64,000 nucleotides of DNA from positions 1,427 through 65,426 of the forward strand of contig JAPYSW010000001.1 of NCBI GenBank assembly GCA_029936395.1. The letters are read 5' to 3'. The notes beneath the pieces are model-generated. The model was not told the origin of the DNA. It ran no database searches and saw nothing but the letters and a program-made list of their open reading frames with translations. Source of the stretch: Candidatus Poseidoniia archaeon. Lineage in GTDB: Archaea > Thermoplasmatota > Poseidoniia > MGIII > CG-Epi1. Shown here one piece after another: positions 61,363 to 64,000 of the stretch (position 1 is its first letter; each line of letters begins with the position of its first letter). A program made the position numbers and the translations under genes.

Positions 61363-62033
61363 TCCAAAAAAGCCTCCTGGATTTCTAAGCGACCTGAAAA
61401 ATTAGAATAATGCTTTTGTGATTTCGTAATAATTATAGAGTTCGTGAATAAAGGGGCATTGACTACAAAAGATTCGATTTCACCACCCTCTCCTGCAGGG
61501 TTTATTCTATAACTCGATTCTAAAACTATCAAATGGTTTACACACTCTAAATTAATAGAACGACCTAACCAAGAGTCATCAAATGGTTCTGCCGCAACTC
61601 CAGTTATAATTGACTCTATATTGTTGAACAATAAATCTTGAAGAAGGGCTCTTTGGGGCCTTTGCCATAATGGATTAAAGCACCACAAGTCTAAATCATT
61701 GCAAATTTTTTGAATTCTTGTAGATTGATAAACCGATGCAAGAGCTCCTGTGACAATTCCATCTATTGAATGTTTAGAAACGGCTGATTCAATAATATCT
61801 CTTAAATCATCTAATTCTTCTTCTTTAACGCCACTTGTTTTCTTTATGATATGATTAATCTGCATGGATTCTGCCTGAAGTTTTGTCCATTCTATTGCAG
61901 GTGTGTGAAACATCCAACTATCTTCTTTCTTAGACTCTAATGTTAAAAGACAAGTAATCTCATGCTCTTCTGAAGCATATTGAAGAGCAAGATACGAATC
62001 TTTACCTCCTGAGAATAAAACCCCTACTTTCAT
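61359..62033 (-). CDS. PP-loop ATP pyrophosphatase of the Dph6/DUF71 type (candidate diphthine--ammonia ligase)
   Basis: 224 aa. The N-terminal MKVGVLFSGGKDS is the DUF71/Dph6 PP-loop, rather than the GuaA SGGVDS. The length matches archaeal Dph6, not GuaAB (about 305 aa). Confidence 0.6.
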   Translation of the reverse strand: MKVGVLFSGGKDSYLALQYASEEHEITCLLTLESKKEDSWMFHTPAIEWTKLQAESMQINHIIKKTSGVKEEELDDLRDIIESAVSKHSIDGIVTGALASVYQSTRIQKICNDLDLWCFNPLWQRPQRALLQDLLFNNIESIITGVAAEPFDDSWLGRSINLECVNHLIVLESSYRINPAGEGGEIESFVVNAPLFTNSIIITKSQKHYSNFSGRLEIQEAFLE

Positions 62034-62620
62034 CTATATTTCCTTTTAGCAATCAAATAAACTTCACTAGACTGCTTTCTAGAAGCTTCGGGAGATAATG
62101 TACGGACTGAACCAAACTCCTCTATGACTGCTTTACGGAATTCTTGGAAATCTGAACCTTCAAAAACTTTGACAACAAAGGCTTGAGCATTTCTTTCTGC
62201 GGCAATTTCTAAGGCTAAAGTTGATAACTCAACGGAACGTGCTTGATCAATTGAATAATTACCGGATAAATTTGGACTCATATCTGAAATTACAACATCA
62301 GCCTTTGGAATTAATTTTTGTAATTCTTCTCTAATCTCAATATCTCGAAGATCACCCTGAATAAATGTAGCTCTTGGGAGTGGTAAGATATGCTGAAGAT
62401 CAACTCCAACCAATTTACCTTCTTCCTCCATTAATTCTAAAGCTACTTGAGACCAACCACCCGGTGCGGCGCCCAAATCTAAGACGATGCTGCCTTTCTT
62501 GAAAATTTTACTTTTCTTCTGAATATCCATTAACTTGTATGCTGAACGTGCTCGATATCCTTCTCGCCTAGCTTTTCTTTGAAAGGCATCAGTGCGGCCT
62601 TGACGGCCTTGGCCTGGCAT
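62030..62620 (-). CDS. rrmJ: 23S rRNA (uridine-2-prime-O)-methyltransferase RrmJ/FtsJ
   Basis: 196 aa. RSAYKLMDIQKK...GSIVLDLGAAPGGWSQV and the DxSP catalytic region are present. Confidence 0.85.
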   Translation of the reverse strand: MPGQGRQGRTDAFQRKARREGYRARSAYKLMDIQKKSKIFKKGSIVLDLGAAPGGWSQVALELMEEEGKLVGVDLQHILPLPRATFIQGDLRDIEIREELQKLIPKADVVISDMSPNLSGNYSIDQARSVELSTLALEIAAERNAQAFVVKVFEGSDFQEFRKAVIEEFGSVRTLSPEASRKQSSEVYLIAKRKYR

Positions 62621-63565
62621 TTACCCTCCAGCCTTTTTGAGAGCCCATTCTGCAGCTTGACATATGTTTCGTTCGGCTCCAGTTTTAGTCCGATTACGTA
62701 TTATTTCTAAATGTGGTTTAACTAAAGCCGGTTTGTTAGAAGCGATGTATCCCAATGCCTTAACAACTTCGACATGAATATACCAATCATCATTCTTTAG
62801 AGCTTTAGCCAGTTTAGGAACTGCATGGTAAACTACCATTGCATTCTTACTTCCTATTCTTCCAATAGCTTTTGATGAAGCCTTTCTAAGCTCTGAAGAC
62901 TTACTTTCAATGCCTTTTATTAAACCTGGAATTGCTGGCTTCATTGCATCTGGATTTGAAAGTCCAAGAATTCCAATACAGTCTGCTGCTCTTTCTTTCA
63001 ACCGTTCTCCTGAATTAAATGCTTTTATTACTTCTGGGGCCAAAGATGCTGAAGGTCCCGGATATTTCTTAGCAAAATCTGTCAAAATTACTATTGAGTG
63101 ATAAACTACTCGCCAATCATCATCACTTAACGCTTTTTTTAATTCAGGCAATGCGGCCTTAGGTACTGTATTCAATATTTTCATTAATGACTCTTGAGTC
63201 TGATATCTGATATCTTTATCTTCATCACTTAATATTTCAAATAAATCTGCGATAGTGTCACTCTTTTGAGCATTAGATTTAAGTGAAAAACGAGTCCAAA
63301 TTTCTACTACTTTACTACGTACATTTGGATATGGACTGTCAAATGTTTGCTGCATTGCATCAAAAATTTCCTTATCTTTAGACGGTCTATGTTTACGTAA
63401 TTCCATTAAACCATCAATAATTGCTTCTTGAGTAGTACCTGGCTGCTTTGGAAGAACTCTTGTAAAAGAATTTATTATAGGATCTAACCATTTCTCATCA
63501 ATCTGAGCCTGAATTACAAGTGCTTTAACTGCAGCAGTTCTTTCAATTTCAGAACCACTCTCCAT
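62621..63565 (-). CDS. HEAT-repeat (PBS-lyase-like) protein; start placed at internal Met
   Basis: It has repeated ~30-aa alpha-helical HEAT-like units. The track ORF extends to 63775, but that N-terminus is low-complexity and overlaps the divergent gatD start, so I truncate to MESGSEIERT... (63565). Confidence 0.5.
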   Translation of the reverse strand: MESGSEIERTAAVKALVIQAQIDEKWLDPIINSFTRVLPKQPGTTQEAIIDGLMELRKHRPSKDKEIFDAMQQTFDSPYPNVRSKVVEIWTRFSLKSNAQKSDTIADLFEILSDEDKDIRYQTQESLMKILNTVPKAALPELKKALSDDDWRVVYHSIVILTDFAKKYPGPSASLAPEVIKAFNSGERLKERAADCIGILGLSNPDAMKPAIPGLIKGIESKSSELRKASSKAIGRIGSKNAMVVYHAVPKLAKALKNDDWYIHVEVVKALGYIASNKPALVKPHLEIIRNRTKTGAERNICQAAEWALKKAGG

Positions 63566-63724
63566 TTCCACCAAATTCTTTTCAATCTTTCTATCGGGTG
63601 AATTACCACTTACATCCTCAGTCCATTGACTTACACTTTCCTTAAGATTCTGCAATCTATCTCTTAAACCCACAAAAACCCATAGGGGATGTATAGTAAT
63701 AAACCTCCGCTTGAATGAAGGAAT

Positions 63725-64000
63725 ATGCCTACATCGGCGGAAAAGTTTATTCAAGACAACGGAGCTGAAGTTCATGATAAAGTTAGAATCGAAAACAAGA
63801 CCCTAACTTATGAAGGATTGATTCTACCTAAACATAAATTTTCAGGAGAACATATAATCATGATTAAGCTTGATAATGGTTATAATATTGGAGTGTCTAC
63901 TGAAAATGCAAAAATGACCATATTATCTAAAGCAAAACAAACGGATTATGAACTAACTAAAAAAATTAAAAACGATAAATTAAATAATATAACTATTTTA
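63725..64000 (+). CDS. gatD: Glutamyl-tRNA(Gln) amidotransferase subunit D (GatD), N-terminal fragment (runs off the window)
   Basis: Manual translation gives MPTSAEKFIQDNGAEVHDKVRIENKTLTYEGLILPKHKFSGEHIIMIKLDNGYNIGVSTENAK... The LKLDNGYNIGI block is the GatD N-terminal domain signature. Confidence 0.7.
   Translation, partial: MPTSAEKFIQDNGAEVHDKVRIENKTLTYEGLILPKHKFSGEHIIMIKLDNGYNIGVSTENAKMTILSKAKQTDYELTKKIKNDKLNNITIL

Noticed and set aside
60820-62033. Simple annotation as GMP synthase subunits GuaAA/GuaAB
   Set aside because: The PP-loop protein has the Dph6/DUF71 signature (LFSGGKDS) and only 224 aa. It lacks the GMP synthase C-terminal domain. The possibility is kept as an alternative within the finding rather than as the call.
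63566-63775. N-terminal 70 aa of the HEAT-repeat ORF (MNFSSVVLNKLFRRCRHIPSFKRRF...)
   Set aside because: It is low-complexity, overlaps the divergent gatD start by 50 nt, and contains the TATA-like region for gatD. The internal Met start is more plausible.

Overview
The window is a compact, AT-rich (roughly 35-38% GC by eye) archaeal chromosomal segment, not an obvious mobile or accessory island. The archaeal assignment rests on hallmark genes: aIF6, aIF2-beta, ribosomal proteins L31e/L39e/S19e, fibrillarin, topoisomerase VI subunit B, GatD, KEOPS Cgi121, TrmY and a ThiR-type regulator. It also carries DNA gyrase (gyrA and gyrB, about 48 kb apart) and a type IA topoisomerase. That combination, with the low GC, suggests a euryarchaeal lineage such as Marine Group II/Thermoplasmatota-like, but this is inference. 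About 60 protein-coding genes are supported, including one short gene absent from the ORF track (L39e, 51 aa). There are two tRNAs: tRNA-Thr(GGU) on the minus strand and tRNA-Gly(UCC) on the plus strand. I found no rRNA, CRISPR array, integrase or transposase. Candidates worth follow-up: (1) a ThiR(HTH+ThiN)-ThiV-like SSS transporter operon convergent with thiamine pyrophosphokinase; (2) a DDAH/amidinotransferase-superfamily enzyme translationally coupled to deoxyhypusine synthase downstream of gyrA; (3) a class I glutamine amidotransferase overlapping a Dph6-like diphthine-ammonia ligase; (4) a DHCR24/Diminuto-like FAD oxidoreductase that is unusually AT-rich; (5) GyrA with a C-terminal zinc ribbon; (6) a 1778-aa bacterial-type long Lhr helicase; (7) a cluster of secreted PKD-like proteins, including one with a cytoplasmic PQPVAPPP-repeat tail; (8) a peroxiredoxin / atypical aquaporin / ferritin-like neighbourhood. 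All functional calls come from motif and family recognition by eye; no database search was run.
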